Shown: piece by piece, positions 17,554 through 26,012 of the stretch
Layout: every line of letters starts with the position of its first letter
Position numbering within the stretch: the first letter of the stretch is position 1
From: Candidatus Saccharimonadota bacterium
GTDB taxonomy: Archaea; Nanobdellota; Nanobdellia; Pacearchaeales; GW2011-AR1
Assembly (NCBI GenBank): GCA_026002795.1
Contig: BPGA01000001.1
Span: 240,001 to 272,000, forward strand
DNA length: 32,000 nucleotides
Reading direction: 5' to 3'
The notes under the pieces: model-generated
What the model was told of the DNA's origin: nothing
The model's input: the letters and a program-made list of their open reading frames with translations, nothing else
The model's database searches: none
Translations under genes and position numbers: made by a program

Positions 17554-18687
17554 ATGACAAAAGATGAAACAATTGAAATTAATTTAAAATTTTTTAAGAA
17601 GTATCTTTTAAAAAACAGTTATGTTTTTGGCTTTTCAATTGCTGCTTTAATTATTTTTTTATCTTATTTGATTGTCTCTTTAAATATAAGTATAGGAAAT
17701 TTAACATCTTCTTATTATTTTATATTTTTCAGAATTTTTCCTTCGTGGTTTTTTATTTTTTTGACTGTTATGTTTGTTTTTTCTGCTGTTCTTGCTTATC
17801 ATGAAAAACATTTTTTAATGTTTTTGCCAATTTTGTTTTGGTTACTGATTTCAAGCGCTTATATAAGAACACAAAATATACCTCAGTTAAAAGATATAAC
17901 AACAAATGATTGGACCTTAGGTCCTGATCTTGATCCTTTTTTGTATTTAAGAATTGCTCAGGATATCAACAACGGAAATTATCAGAAGATAGATTATATG
18001 AGAAGAGCTCCTCTTGGAGTTGATAATTATGCAAACACAAATCTAATGCCTTGGGCTATTGTTAGTGTTTTTAAAATAAGTAAAATTTTTGGGAATGATT
18101 CTTTAACTTTTGCGGCAATTATTGCACCTGTTATTTTTAGTATTTTGGCTTCTATTTTTTTCTTTCTTTTTGTTTATGCTTTATTTAGTTTTAAATTCTC
18201 AAAAAAAGAGTCAGCATTAGGAGCAACAATTGCAACTGCATTTTATGTTTTTAGTGTTCAAATGCTTCATAGAACAACTGCTGGAATTCCTGAAATTGAA
18301 AGTTTAGGAATGGTTTGGTTCTGGCTTGCTTTTTTATTTTTTGTAATGGCTTGGAAACAAAATTTTGATGATAAAAAACAAAGAAAAAAAATAATTGTCT
18401 ATAGTTTTTTGTCTGCGCTCTTTACTGGTTTGATGATATGGACATGGGGTGGTTATAGGTATATTTATATGGTTGTTGCTTTATCTTCACTAATTGCATT
18501 CCTTTTTAAAATAGAACATAGAAAAAATTTTTTGATTTTTAGTTTATTTGTATTGTTTTCTCTTTTTATTTATTTCTTAAGATTAAAAAGTATACTTCCT
18601 ATATTAATGGGTTTTAGCGATACTGGTTTTGCTTTTTTGGTTTTTTTAATAATGCTTACAGACAAATTTTATTTAACACTAAATTAG
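17554..18687 (+). CDS. aglB: AglB/STT3 oligosaccharyltransferase, N-terminal transmembrane part (frame interrupted at 18685)
   Basis: Many TM helices. EL1-type acidic motif GPDLDPFLYLR. HRTTAGIPEIESLG resembles the PglB/STT3 second acidic loop (RTxxGYYDTD). The ORF ends in three closely spaced in-frame stops. Confidence 0.8.
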   Translation: MTKDETIEINLKFFKKYLLKNSYVFGFSIAALIIFLSYLIVSLNISIGNLTSSYYFIFFRIFPSWFFIFLTVMFVFSAVLAYHEKHFLMFLPILFWLLISSAYIRTQNIPQLKDITTNDWTLGPDLDPFLYLRIAQDINNGNYQKIDYMRRAPLGVDNYANTNLMPWAIVSVFKISKIFGNDSLTFAAIIAPVIFSILASIFFFLFVYALFSFKFSKKESALGATIATAFYVFSVQMLHRTTAGIPEIESLGMVWFWLAFLFFVMAWKQNFDDKKQRKKIIVYSFLSALFTGLMIWTWGGYRYIYMVVALSSLIAFLFKIEHRKNFLIFSLFVLFSLFIYFLRLKSILPILMGFSDTGFAFLVFLIMLTDKFYLTLN

Positions 18688-18809
18688 AAAATTTAAGTAT
18701 TATAAATAAACTTCAAAACAAAAATACCTCAAACAGTCTTAAGTACAAGTATTTTTTTATTGTTTGGTATTTTATTTTTTTTTGTATTAAACCGTTCGCT
18801 TTTTATTAG

Positions 18810-20480
18810 TTTGATTCTTCAATTATTGAAAGATTTATTTACCCTTTTGGTAGAGCAAGAATTGGATTAACTGTTGCAGAGAACAAAGCACCATTTTTTT
18901 TAGAGGTTGTCCAAAATTTTGGATTTTTAATATGGTTTTTTTTGATAGGTAGTGTTCTTGTTTTCTATGAGGCAGTAAAGGGATTTCATAAAAAGAGATT
19001 GTTTCTAAACTTTTATTTTATTATATTTATAGCAGCCTTATCACTAACAAGGATTTCACCACAAAACTTACTTAATGGAGAGAATTTCATTTCAAATTTT
19101 TTATATGTTGGTATACCTCTTTTGTTTTTTAGTGTTTTAATTGTTACATATATAAAATCTTACAAAAAAGATGAAAAATTGTTTGAAGATTTCTCAAAAA
19201 TTAATTTTTCTTATTTGTTTTTATTTTCTTTTTCTTTTTTTTCAATTATCTCTCTTAGAGGAGCTATTAGACTATTTTTTATAGTTCATCCTTTTATAAT
19301 TCTATTATCGTCTTATTTTTTAATTCAAATTTTAAGTTATTTTTTAAAAATAAAAGACTCTTTGTCTAGGTTCTTCTTCTTAATTGGGCTGGTCATTATT
19401 ATTTTTTTATTTTCTAATAATTTTTTTGTGCAGGCAATTTCGACAAGCCAATCAGCAAAAGCAACAGTTCCTTCATCTTACAATCAGCAATGGCAAAAAG
19501 CAATGGCTTGGGTTAGAGAAAATACTCCTGAAAACTCAATTTTTGTTCATTGGTGGGATTATGGTTATTGGATTCAAACTTTAGGAAAAAGAGCAACAGT
19601 GACTGATGGAGGACATGCTGATGAATGGTGGGATTACACAACAGCCAGATACTTACTAACAACTCCAAAACCTGAAACAGCGCTAAGTTTAATGAAAACA
19701 TACAATGTTTCTTATCTTCTTATAGATTCTACAGACGTTGGAAAGTATAGCGCTTTTTCGAGTATTGGTTCTGATGAAACCGGAAAGGATAGATTTTCTT
19801 TTATTCCTATAATGCCACTTGATACAAGACAAATAAGAGAAACTAATAATAAAACTAGTTTAGTTTATACTGGAGGAAGTCAGTTGGATGTTGATATAAT
19901 ATACAAAAACAATGAAACAGATTTATTTTTACCTTCAGAAAGAGCTTTTTTGGCTGGTATTATCTTAGAATACTCCAAAAACAAAAGTGAGATTTCTTTT
20001 TCACAACCGGCGGGTGTTTTTGTTTATAATAATAAACGATATGATATCCCAATAAGATATCTTTATTATAACAACAAGATTCATGATTTCGAAACAGGAA
20101 TCAATTCTCTAATAAGAGTAATTCCTGGAGTTCAACAGTCTGCTCAACAAATTGAAATAAATCCTTTTGGTGCAGTAATTTATTTATCTGAAAAAACAAA
20201 AGATACTTTATTTTCACAGTTATATTTATTGGATGATCCTCAAGGAGTTTATCCTACAATAAAAATTTCTCATGTTGAAGATGATTTTTTTGTTTCATTG
20301 TTAAAACAACAAGGATTTGACATGGGTGATTTTGTCTATTATCAAGGACTTAGAGGACCAATAAAAATTTGGAAAGTTGAGTATCCTGAAAACACAAAAA
20401 CATACTCTGAATTTTTAGATTATAAGTATGTTCCAGGTATTCTAGATAAATACTTTTATCAAAATGAAATTAAAAAATAG
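18810..20480 (+). CDS. aglB: AglB/STT3 oligosaccharyltransferase, C-terminal part (open frame without ATG)
   Basis: WWDYGYW at 19551-19571, a DK-type motif DSTDVGK, and an EL5 TIXE-type motif TVAE at 18870-18881. The TVAE motif lies upstream of the TTG (18942) used by the ORF track. The first in-frame ATG comes only just before the WWDYG region. Confidence 0.9.
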   Translation, partial: FDSSIIERFIYPFGRARIGLTVAENKAPFFLEVVQNFGFLIWFFLIGSVLVFYEAVKGFHKKRLFLNFYFIIFIAALSLTRISPQNLLNGENFISNFLYVGIPLLFFSVLIVTYIKSYKKDEKLFEDFSKINFSYLFLFSFSFFSIISLRGAIRLFFIVHPFIILLSSYFLIQILSYFLKIKDSLSRFFFLIGLVIIIFLFSNNFFVQAISTSQSAKATVPSSYNQQWQKAMAWVRENTPENSIFVHWWDYGYWIQTLGKRATVTDGGHADEWWDYTTARYLLTTPKPETALSLMKTYNVSYLLIDSTDVGKYSAFSSIGSDETGKDRFSFIPIMPLDTRQIRETNNKTSLVYTGGSQLDVDIIYKNNETDLFLPSERAFLAGIILEYSKNKSEISFSQPAGVFVYNNKRYDIPIRYLYYNNKIHDFETGINSLIRVIPGVQQSAQQIEINPFGAVIYLSEKTKDTLFSQLYLLDDPQGVYPTIKISHVEDDFFVSLLKQQGFDMGDFVYYQGLRGPIKIWKVEYPENTKTYSEFLDYKYVPGILDKYFYQNEIKK

Positions 20481-20491
20481 TTTTTCTTAGC

Positions 20492-20506
20492 ATAATATTT
20501 AAAAAT
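20492..20506 (+). promoter_or_regulatory. putative BRE/TATA promoter 15-mer ATAATATTTAAAAAT upstream of gme
   Basis: An identical 15-mer recurs at 23383..23397. In both copies the last base lies 21 nt before the A of the ATG. Confidence 0.45.
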
Positions 20507-20526
20507 ATTTAAGCATCTTTAAAAAA

Positions 20527-21522
20527 ATGAAAAAAGCTTTGGTTGCTGGTGCTGGAGGATTTATAGGAAATCATCTTGTAAAAAGACTTAAAGATGAAGG
20601 TTATTGGGTTAGGGGTGTTGATATTAAATTTCCAGAATATAGCAAAACATTAGCAGATGAATTTTTAATTATGGATTTAAGAGAAAAAAAGAATTGTCTT
20701 GAAGCATTAACTTTATCAGGAAAAGAAAAATTTGATGAGGTTTATCAGCTTGCTGCAGATATGGGTGGTGCTGGATATATTTTTACTGGAGAAAATGACT
20801 TTGATATAATGCATAATTCATCTCAAATAAATCTTAATTTTGCAAGTCTTCATAATTTTTATAATAAATTATTTTATTCATCTTCTGCATGCATTTATCC
20901 ACAGCAACTACAAGAATCTGTTGATAATCCAGGTTTAAAAGAGAGTGATGCATATCCTGCAAATCCTGACTCTGAATACGGTTGGGAAAAAATTTTTAGT
21001 GAGAGGCTTTACATGTCTATGTCTAGAAAAACAGGGATTCCTGTAAGAATAGCAAGATTTCATAATGTTTATGGTCCTGAAGGAACCTACAAAGGCGGAA
21101 GAGAAAAAGCACCGGCAGCAATTTCGAGAAAGGTTGCAGAAGCTGAGCTTGATGGAAAAAAATACATTGAGATATGGGGTGATGGACAACAAACGCGTTC
21201 TTTTCTTTACATTGATGAGGCTTTGGAAGGTGTAAGAAGGCTTATGGATTCTAATTTTTCTGGTCCTGTAAACATCGGTTCTGATGAAATGGTTTCTATA
21301 AATGATTTAGCGAGAATGGTTATGGATATCGCTGGTTTAGAACTTGAAATTAAAAATATTCCAGGACCATTAGGTGTTAGAGGAAGAAACTCTGATAACT
21401 CTTTAATAAAAGAAAAACTTGGTTGGGCACCAAATTATCCATTAAGAAAGGGTATGGAAAAAACATATAAATGGGTTAGACAACAAGTTTTTTCTGAAAG
21501 AATGGGATTGTACCAAAAATAA
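20527..21522 (+). CDS. gme: GDP-mannose 3,5-epimerase (SDR family)
   Basis: Long near-identical blocks to plant GME as I remember it: GAGGFIG, SSSACIYP, LKESDAYPANP, RFHNVYGPEGTYKGGREKAPAA, WGDGQQTRSF, PVNIGSDEMVS, IPGPLGVRGRNSDNSLIKEKLGWAP. Confidence 0.85.
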   Translation: MKKALVAGAGGFIGNHLVKRLKDEGYWVRGVDIKFPEYSKTLADEFLIMDLREKKNCLEALTLSGKEKFDEVYQLAADMGGAGYIFTGENDFDIMHNSSQINLNFASLHNFYNKLFYSSSACIYPQQLQESVDNPGLKESDAYPANPDSEYGWEKIFSERLYMSMSRKTGIPVRIARFHNVYGPEGTYKGGREKAPAAISRKVAEAELDGKKYIEIWGDGQQTRSFLYIDEALEGVRRLMDSNFSGPVNIGSDEMVSINDLARMVMDIAGLELEIKNIPGPLGVRGRNSDNSLIKEKLGWAPNYPLRKGMEKTYKWVRQQVFSERMGLYQK

Positions 21523-22202
21523 AATAATTATTCATAATTATTAAAAACAATCTTTATTTTCATTTTTTAATAGGGGATAAAATAAAAAATAAATTGCTAT
21601 TGAAAAACAAGAGACTAAAGAAACCGCTCGTCGTATAAAAAATAAAGATTTATCAAGAAATATCGAAATTGTACAAAGAACAACGTTTTCCAATTTTCGA
21701 CAACCGTAATTGTAAAACTTTGTTCTTTAATTTTACAATAATTCTCGTGAGAATGCTTTTGCCTGAAATTTTCTGACTCTATAGTCTAGCTTTATTACAA
21801 TTTTGCTTTTTACGGTCGTTTCTAATTTTTGGATTGGTAGCACATTAATAAGATTTGTTTCAACTGTTTTAGGTCAAAAAAATAAAAAAAGTAAAAACAT
21901 ACCTGATTTATTTAGGAGGAAAAATAAAAATGTTTCTTATTTCTCTCTCAGTTTTTTGCTCTTCTTTTTTTGAGCGGTTTTATTTTTGATATTTATTATC
22001 AAAAAACTTTTTTAGATCTAATTGACGAAGTTTGTCTATTTTAATATATGAGGGGGTCAAATAAAGATTTGAGATCAAAAAATATTCCTGATAATACTTT
22101 TGTAAGATAAATTTGATAATTTTTGGTTTATAAAATAGTAATAACTAGAATTATGTTTTATATCATAAAATTTATAAATTAATCTTTTTAAAATTGTTTA
22201 AA

Positions 22203-22733
22203 ATGAAACTAAATCTTGGATGTGGGAATGATAAAAGAGAAGGATATATAAATATAGATTCTTCAAAAGAAGTTAATCCGGATAAAGTCTGGAATCTTGA
22301 GAAAACACCATTACCTTTTAAAACAAATTCTATTGATGAAATTTTAGCTTTTCATGTACTCGAACATATAAATAACTTTATTCCTTTAATGCACGATCTT
22401 CATAGAATCTGTAAGCCAAATTCTATAATAAAAATAAAAACTCCCTTCTACTCTTCTTGGGGGCAATTTAATGATCCAACACATGTCCGTTTTTTTTCTC
22501 CTTTCACATTTAATTATTTTAATAAATGGAAAACTTATTCTCATCAAGTCAAAGCAAAAAAAGAAATGTTTCGTGTCAAAAAAGTAAAATTAAATTTTGG
22601 CATAGGAAGAGCAAAAATATTAAATTGGTTTTTCAATCCAATAATAAATTTAAATCACGAATTTTATTGCAGATTTTTTGCGTGGATTTTGCCGGCATCA
22701 GAAATTGAATATGTATTAGAAGTAATTAAATAA
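22203..22733 (+). CDS. class I SAM-dependent methyltransferase (paralog of 30638..31180)
   Basis: MKLNLGCG...GYINID...VLEHI pattern. Alignable end to end with the minus-strand 180-aa ORF. ATG 22203 is preferred over TTG 22194. Confidence 0.7.
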   Translation: MKLNLGCGNDKREGYINIDSSKEVNPDKVWNLEKTPLPFKTNSIDEILAFHVLEHINNFIPLMHDLHRICKPNSIIKIKTPFYSSWGQFNDPTHVRFFSPFTFNYFNKWKTYSHQVKAKKEMFRVKKVKLNFGIGRAKILNWFFNPIINLNHEFYCRFFAWILPASEIEYVLEVIK

Positions 22734-22764
22734 AGATTTATAGATTTTTAATGTGTTATAAAAA

Positions 22765-23352
22765 ATGAAACTCCATTTAGGTTGTGGATGGAGAAATTTT
22801 GGAAAAGATTGGATTCATATAGATGGTGGGAATTATCCTCATGTAGTATATCATGATATTACTAAACTTCCTTATAATGATAATTCGGCTGATATAATTT
22901 ATGCTTCCCACGTTCTACAATATTTTGATAGAGAAGAGGTTATCTCGGTTTTAAATGAATGGTATAGAGTTTTAAAACCTAAAGGATTATTAAGAGTAGC
23001 GGTTCCTGATTTTGAATCTATAGCAAACCTATATGTGCAAAATAAATTCCCCCTTAAAAATTTTCTTGGTCCTTTATACGGTAAGATGGAAATGGGTATG
23101 AGGGGTGGGGAAACAGGTAAAATAATTTATCATAAAACAGTTTATGATTTTCAAGATTTAAAAACAACTTTGGAAAAGATTGGATTTAAAAATGTTAGAA
23201 GGTACGATTGGAAAAAAACCCCTCCCCATAATAAGTTTGATGATCATAGTCAAAGTTATTTGCCAAGTAAAGGTTTTGTTCCAACACCAGAAAAACCGTT
23301 TGACAAAGAAAAAGGATATTTAATAAGTTTAAATGTTGAAGCTAATAAATAA
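22765..23352 (+). CDS. class I SAM-dependent methyltransferase
   Basis: MKLHLGCG...WIHIDG...ADIIYASHVLQYF...WYRVLKPKGLLRVAVP (Methyltransf_11-like motifs). Confidence 0.72.
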   Translation: MKLHLGCGWRNFGKDWIHIDGGNYPHVVYHDITKLPYNDNSADIIYASHVLQYFDREEVISVLNEWYRVLKPKGLLRVAVPDFESIANLYVQNKFPLKNFLGPLYGKMEMGMRGGETGKIIYHKTVYDFQDLKTTLEKIGFKNVRRYDWKKTPPHNKFDDHSQSYLPSKGFVPTPEKPFDKEKGYLISLNVEANK

Positions 23353-23382
23353 ACTAGAATTCAATTCTATATTTTAACTCCA

Positions 23383-23397
23383 ATAATATTTAAAAAT
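23383..23397 (+). promoter_or_regulatory. putative BRE/TATA promoter 15-mer ATAATATTTAAAAAT upstream of gmd
   Basis: Same sequence and same spacing to the ATG (23418) as the copy at 20492..20506. Confidence 0.45.
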
Positions 23398-23417
23398 TAA
23401 AATATTTCGTAATTTAC

Positions 23418-24545
23418 ATGGAAACTATTCAAAAAGATTTTGAATGGAATGGTAAAGTAGCCCTAATTACCGGAATAGGTGGACAAGACGGTTCTTATCT
23501 GGCTGAATTCTTACTTTCAAAAGGATATAAAGTTCGAGGTATGATAAGAAGATCAAGTTATCCAAATACAAAGAGGATAGATCATTTAGATATATATGAT
23601 GATGTGTATGGAAAAACCCCTGAATCACCTTTTTATTTACTTTATGGAGATTTGTCTGATTCGACAAGCATTAGAAATATTTTAGAAGAAGTGCAACCAG
23701 ATGAAGTTTATAATCTGGCTTCACAAAGTCATGTAAGTGTAAGCTTTAATAGCCCAGAGTCTACTTTAAATTTTAATGCTATTGGTCCATTAAGAATTCT
23801 TGAGGCTATAAGAAATATGAAACTCTCTTGTAAATATTATCAGGCTTCCTCAAGTGAAATGTATGGAATTTCCCCCCCACCACAAAATGAAGAGACACCA
23901 ATGATCCCACAAAGTCCTTATGGAATCTCAAAACTTGCGGCCTTTCATTTAACCAGAATGTACAGGAATGCATATGGTTTGTATGCTACAAACGGAATTC
24001 TTTTTAATCATGAATCGCCAAGACGCGGCGTCAATTTTGTTACAAGAAAAATAACAAGAGGTTTAGCTTATATACTTACTGGAAGAAAAGAAAAATTATC
24101 GCTTGGAAATCTTGATGCAAAAAGGGATTGGGGTTATGCAAAAGAATATGTAGAAGCAATGTGGTTAATGTTACAGCAAGATAAACCAGATGATTATGTA
24201 ATAGGTACAAAAGAAAGCCACACTGTTAAAGAGTTTGTTGAAGAAGCTTTTAATTTAGTAAATTTGAATTGGAAAGATTTTGTTGAGATTTTGGATAGAT
24301 ATAAAAGACCAGCAGAGGTCCCAACATTACTTGCGGATTCTTCAAAAGCAGAAAGAGTTTTAGGTTGGAAACCTAAAACAAAATTTAAAGATTTAGTAAA
24401 AATTATGGTAGCGGCAGATTTGAAAGAGGCAATGCAAGAAACGGGCTATTTACACGTAAATGATATGAATATGCCTGATGATTTTTATATAGAAAAAGGT
24501 AAAGAACTCGCAAAAGGAATAAAATTAAAAAGAAAAAGAATATAA
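23418..24545 (+). CDS. gmd: GDP-mannose 4,6-dehydratase
   Basis: ALITGIGGQDGSYLAEFLLSKGY.V.G..RRSS, YQASSSEMYG, SPYGISKLAAFH, NGILFNHESPRRG..FVTRKIT are classic Gmd blocks. Confidence 0.93.
   Translation: METIQKDFEWNGKVALITGIGGQDGSYLAEFLLSKGYKVRGMIRRSSYPNTKRIDHLDIYDDVYGKTPESPFYLLYGDLSDSTSIRNILEEVQPDEVYNLASQSHVSVSFNSPESTLNFNAIGPLRILEAIRNMKLSCKYYQASSSEMYGISPPPQNEETPMIPQSPYGISKLAAFHLTRMYRNAYGLYATNGILFNHESPRRGVNFVTRKITRGLAYILTGRKEKLSLGNLDAKRDWGYAKEYVEAMWLMLQQDKPDDYVIGTKESHTVKEFVEEAFNLVNLNWKDFVEILDRYKRPAEVPTLLADSSKAERVLGWKPKTKFKDLVKIMVAADLKEAMQETGYLHVNDMNMPDDFYIEKGKELAKGIKLKRKRI
23872..23878. repeat. C7 homopolymer tract inside gmd (codes SPPP)
   Basis: Read directly: ttCCCCCCCac. Confidence 0.95.
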
Positions 24546-24546
24546 A

Positions 24547-25644
24547 ATGAGAATAAATTGGAATGAACCTAGGTTTGGAAGTGAAGAATTAAAAGAAGTT
24601 GAAGAAGTAATAAAAAAATCATATATAAATGAAGGGCCTAAAACAAAAGAACTTGAAGAAAATCTTAGAGAGTATCTTGGTGTAAAGCACGTAATTTTAA
24701 CAACTTCTGGAACTGCTGGACTTTTCCTTGCAATAAAAGCAGATTCATTAATTAAAGGAAAAAAAGATTTTGAAGTAATTGTTCCAGATTTAACAATGAT
24801 TGCAACTGCAACGGCCGTGGGGTGGGCTGGAGGTAAACCAATTATAGTAGACGTTGAAAAAGAAAAAGGAACTATAGATTTTAATGAAGTATATAAAAAA
24901 ATAAATGAAAAAACAATCGCAATAATTCCTGTTCACGTTATTGGAAGAGCTGCAAATAATAAAAAACTTGAAGAAATATCTAGGGAATTTAATATTACAA
25001 TTATTGAAGATGCGGCCGGAGCTTTAGGTTCAATGTATTGTGGGAGATATCTGGGAACACTTGGTAAGGTGGGTGTTTTTTCATTACAATCAAATAAAAT
25101 AATTACATCGGGACAGGGAGGGATCGTTGTTACAAATGATGATGTTTATTATGAAACTATAAGAAGATTAAGGGATTTTGGTAGGATGAATAACAAAGAA
25201 TTTTTTCATGAAATAGAAGGATACAATCTTAAATTTAATGACCTATCTGCGGCTATTGCTTTGGCCCAATTTAGGAAGATAGAAGAAAGAAAAGAAATGC
25301 TTTTAGAACAAAGAGAATTATATGAAAAGAGATTATCTAGTATTGAAGAAATAAAATTTTTTCCCTATATTTTGGGAGAAATTCCTTTATGGGTTGATGT
25401 TTTAGTGAAGAATCGAAGAGATTTAGTTAATTACTTAAACCAAAATAAAATTTATCCTAGAGAATGTTGGCCGGCATTACATATGAACCCCCCCTATAGA
25501 GATCATGGTAATGATGTTGATTTTCCCGTGGCAACCATGATATCAAATAATTCCTTATGGCTTCCAAATGGTCCTGCTATTTCAAAGGAACAAATTATTT
25601 ATATATCTAAAAAAATTAATGAGTTTTATAAAAATGGAACTTAA
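24547..25644 (+). CDS. DegT/DnrJ/EryC1/StrS-family PLP-dependent sugar aminotransferase (GDP-perosamine-synthase-like)
   Basis: Family layout with IEDAAGALGS and FSLQSNKIITSGQGGIVVTND (the Schiff-base Lys is present). Starts 2 nt after the gmd stop. Substrate is inferred from context only. Confidence 0.85.
   Translation: MRINWNEPRFGSEELKEVEEVIKKSYINEGPKTKELEENLREYLGVKHVILTTSGTAGLFLAIKADSLIKGKKDFEVIVPDLTMIATATAVGWAGGKPIIVDVEKEKGTIDFNEVYKKINEKTIAIIPVHVIGRAANNKKLEEISREFNITIIEDAAGALGSMYCGRYLGTLGKVGVFSLQSNKIITSGQGGIVVTNDDVYYETIRRLRDFGRMNNKEFFHEIEGYNLKFNDLSAAIALAQFRKIEERKEMLLEQRELYEKRLSSIEEIKFFPYILGEIPLWVDVLVKNRRDLVNYLNQNKIYPRECWPALHMNPPYRDHGNDVDFPVATMISNNSLWLPNGPAISKEQIIYISKKINEFYKNGT
25488..25494. 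repeat. C7 homopolymer tract inside the aminotransferase gene (codes NPP)
   Basis: Read directly: aaCCCCCCCta. Confidence 0.95.
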
Positions 25645-25996
25645 AAAAATACATGAAGATAAGAGGGGATACATTTATCTTGTAAAAGATTTGCTTGATG
25701 GAGGAAAAGAATTTACTTTTTTAGAAATAAAGAAAGGATATGCTCGTGGTGGCTGTATGCATTCAGAAGATGAATATTTTGTTGTTTTAGCTGGAAAAAT
25801 AAAATATATTCATGGAGATTTGGAAGAGATAGTATCTATGGGTGAATCTAAAAAAATTCCAGCAAGAGAGCCCCACGCTTTTATTGCGTTAGAAGACTCT
25901 ATTGTTTCTGAATGGGGCGTAACAACAGAAGAAAAAGAAAAAGACAAAAAAGACCCCAAATTAAGAGGGTTGATTGATAAAATAAATAAAAAATAA
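25634..25996 (+). CDS. small RmlC-like cupin (sugar-nucleotide epimerase/ketoisomerase-like)
   Basis: IHEDKRGYIY (DxRG motif), ARGGCMH and EPHAFIAL beta-barrel pattern. ATG 25634 overlaps the aminotransferase end by 11 nt and is preferred over the 25568 start in the ORF track. Confidence 0.55.
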   Translation: MELKKIHEDKRGYIYLVKDLLDGGKEFTFLEIKKGYARGGCMHSEDEYFVVLAGKIKYIHGDLEEIVSMGESKKIPAREPHAFIALEDSIVSEWGVTTEEKEKDKKDPKLRGLIDKINKK

Positions 25997-26012
25997 AATT
26001 CTGGTCTTAATA

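Noticed and set aside
17554-20480. AglB as a deliberate Nanoarchaeum-style split gene encoding two functional polypeptides.
   Set aside because: Not favoured. The conserved EL5 TVAE motif and a TM helix lie in the 'intergenic' part. The C-terminal frame has no ATG for hundreds of codons. The first ORF ends in a cluster of three stops rather than a clean boundary. This cannot be fully excluded without comparative data.
21675-21738. H-type pseudoknot interpretation of the interleaved arms A-B-A'-B'.
   Set aside because: The connecting loops would be only 2 nt each across a 9-bp and an 8-bp helix, which is sterically implausible. If the arms mean anything, alternative hairpins are more likely.
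21621-21979. 9-bp inverted repeat AAACCGCTC / GAGCGGTTT about 340 bp apart in the non-coding gap, considered as terminal inverted repeats of a MITE-like element.
   Set aside because: The complementarity does not extend beyond 9 bp. I could see no target-site duplication and no second copy elsewhere in the window, so the evidence is too weak.
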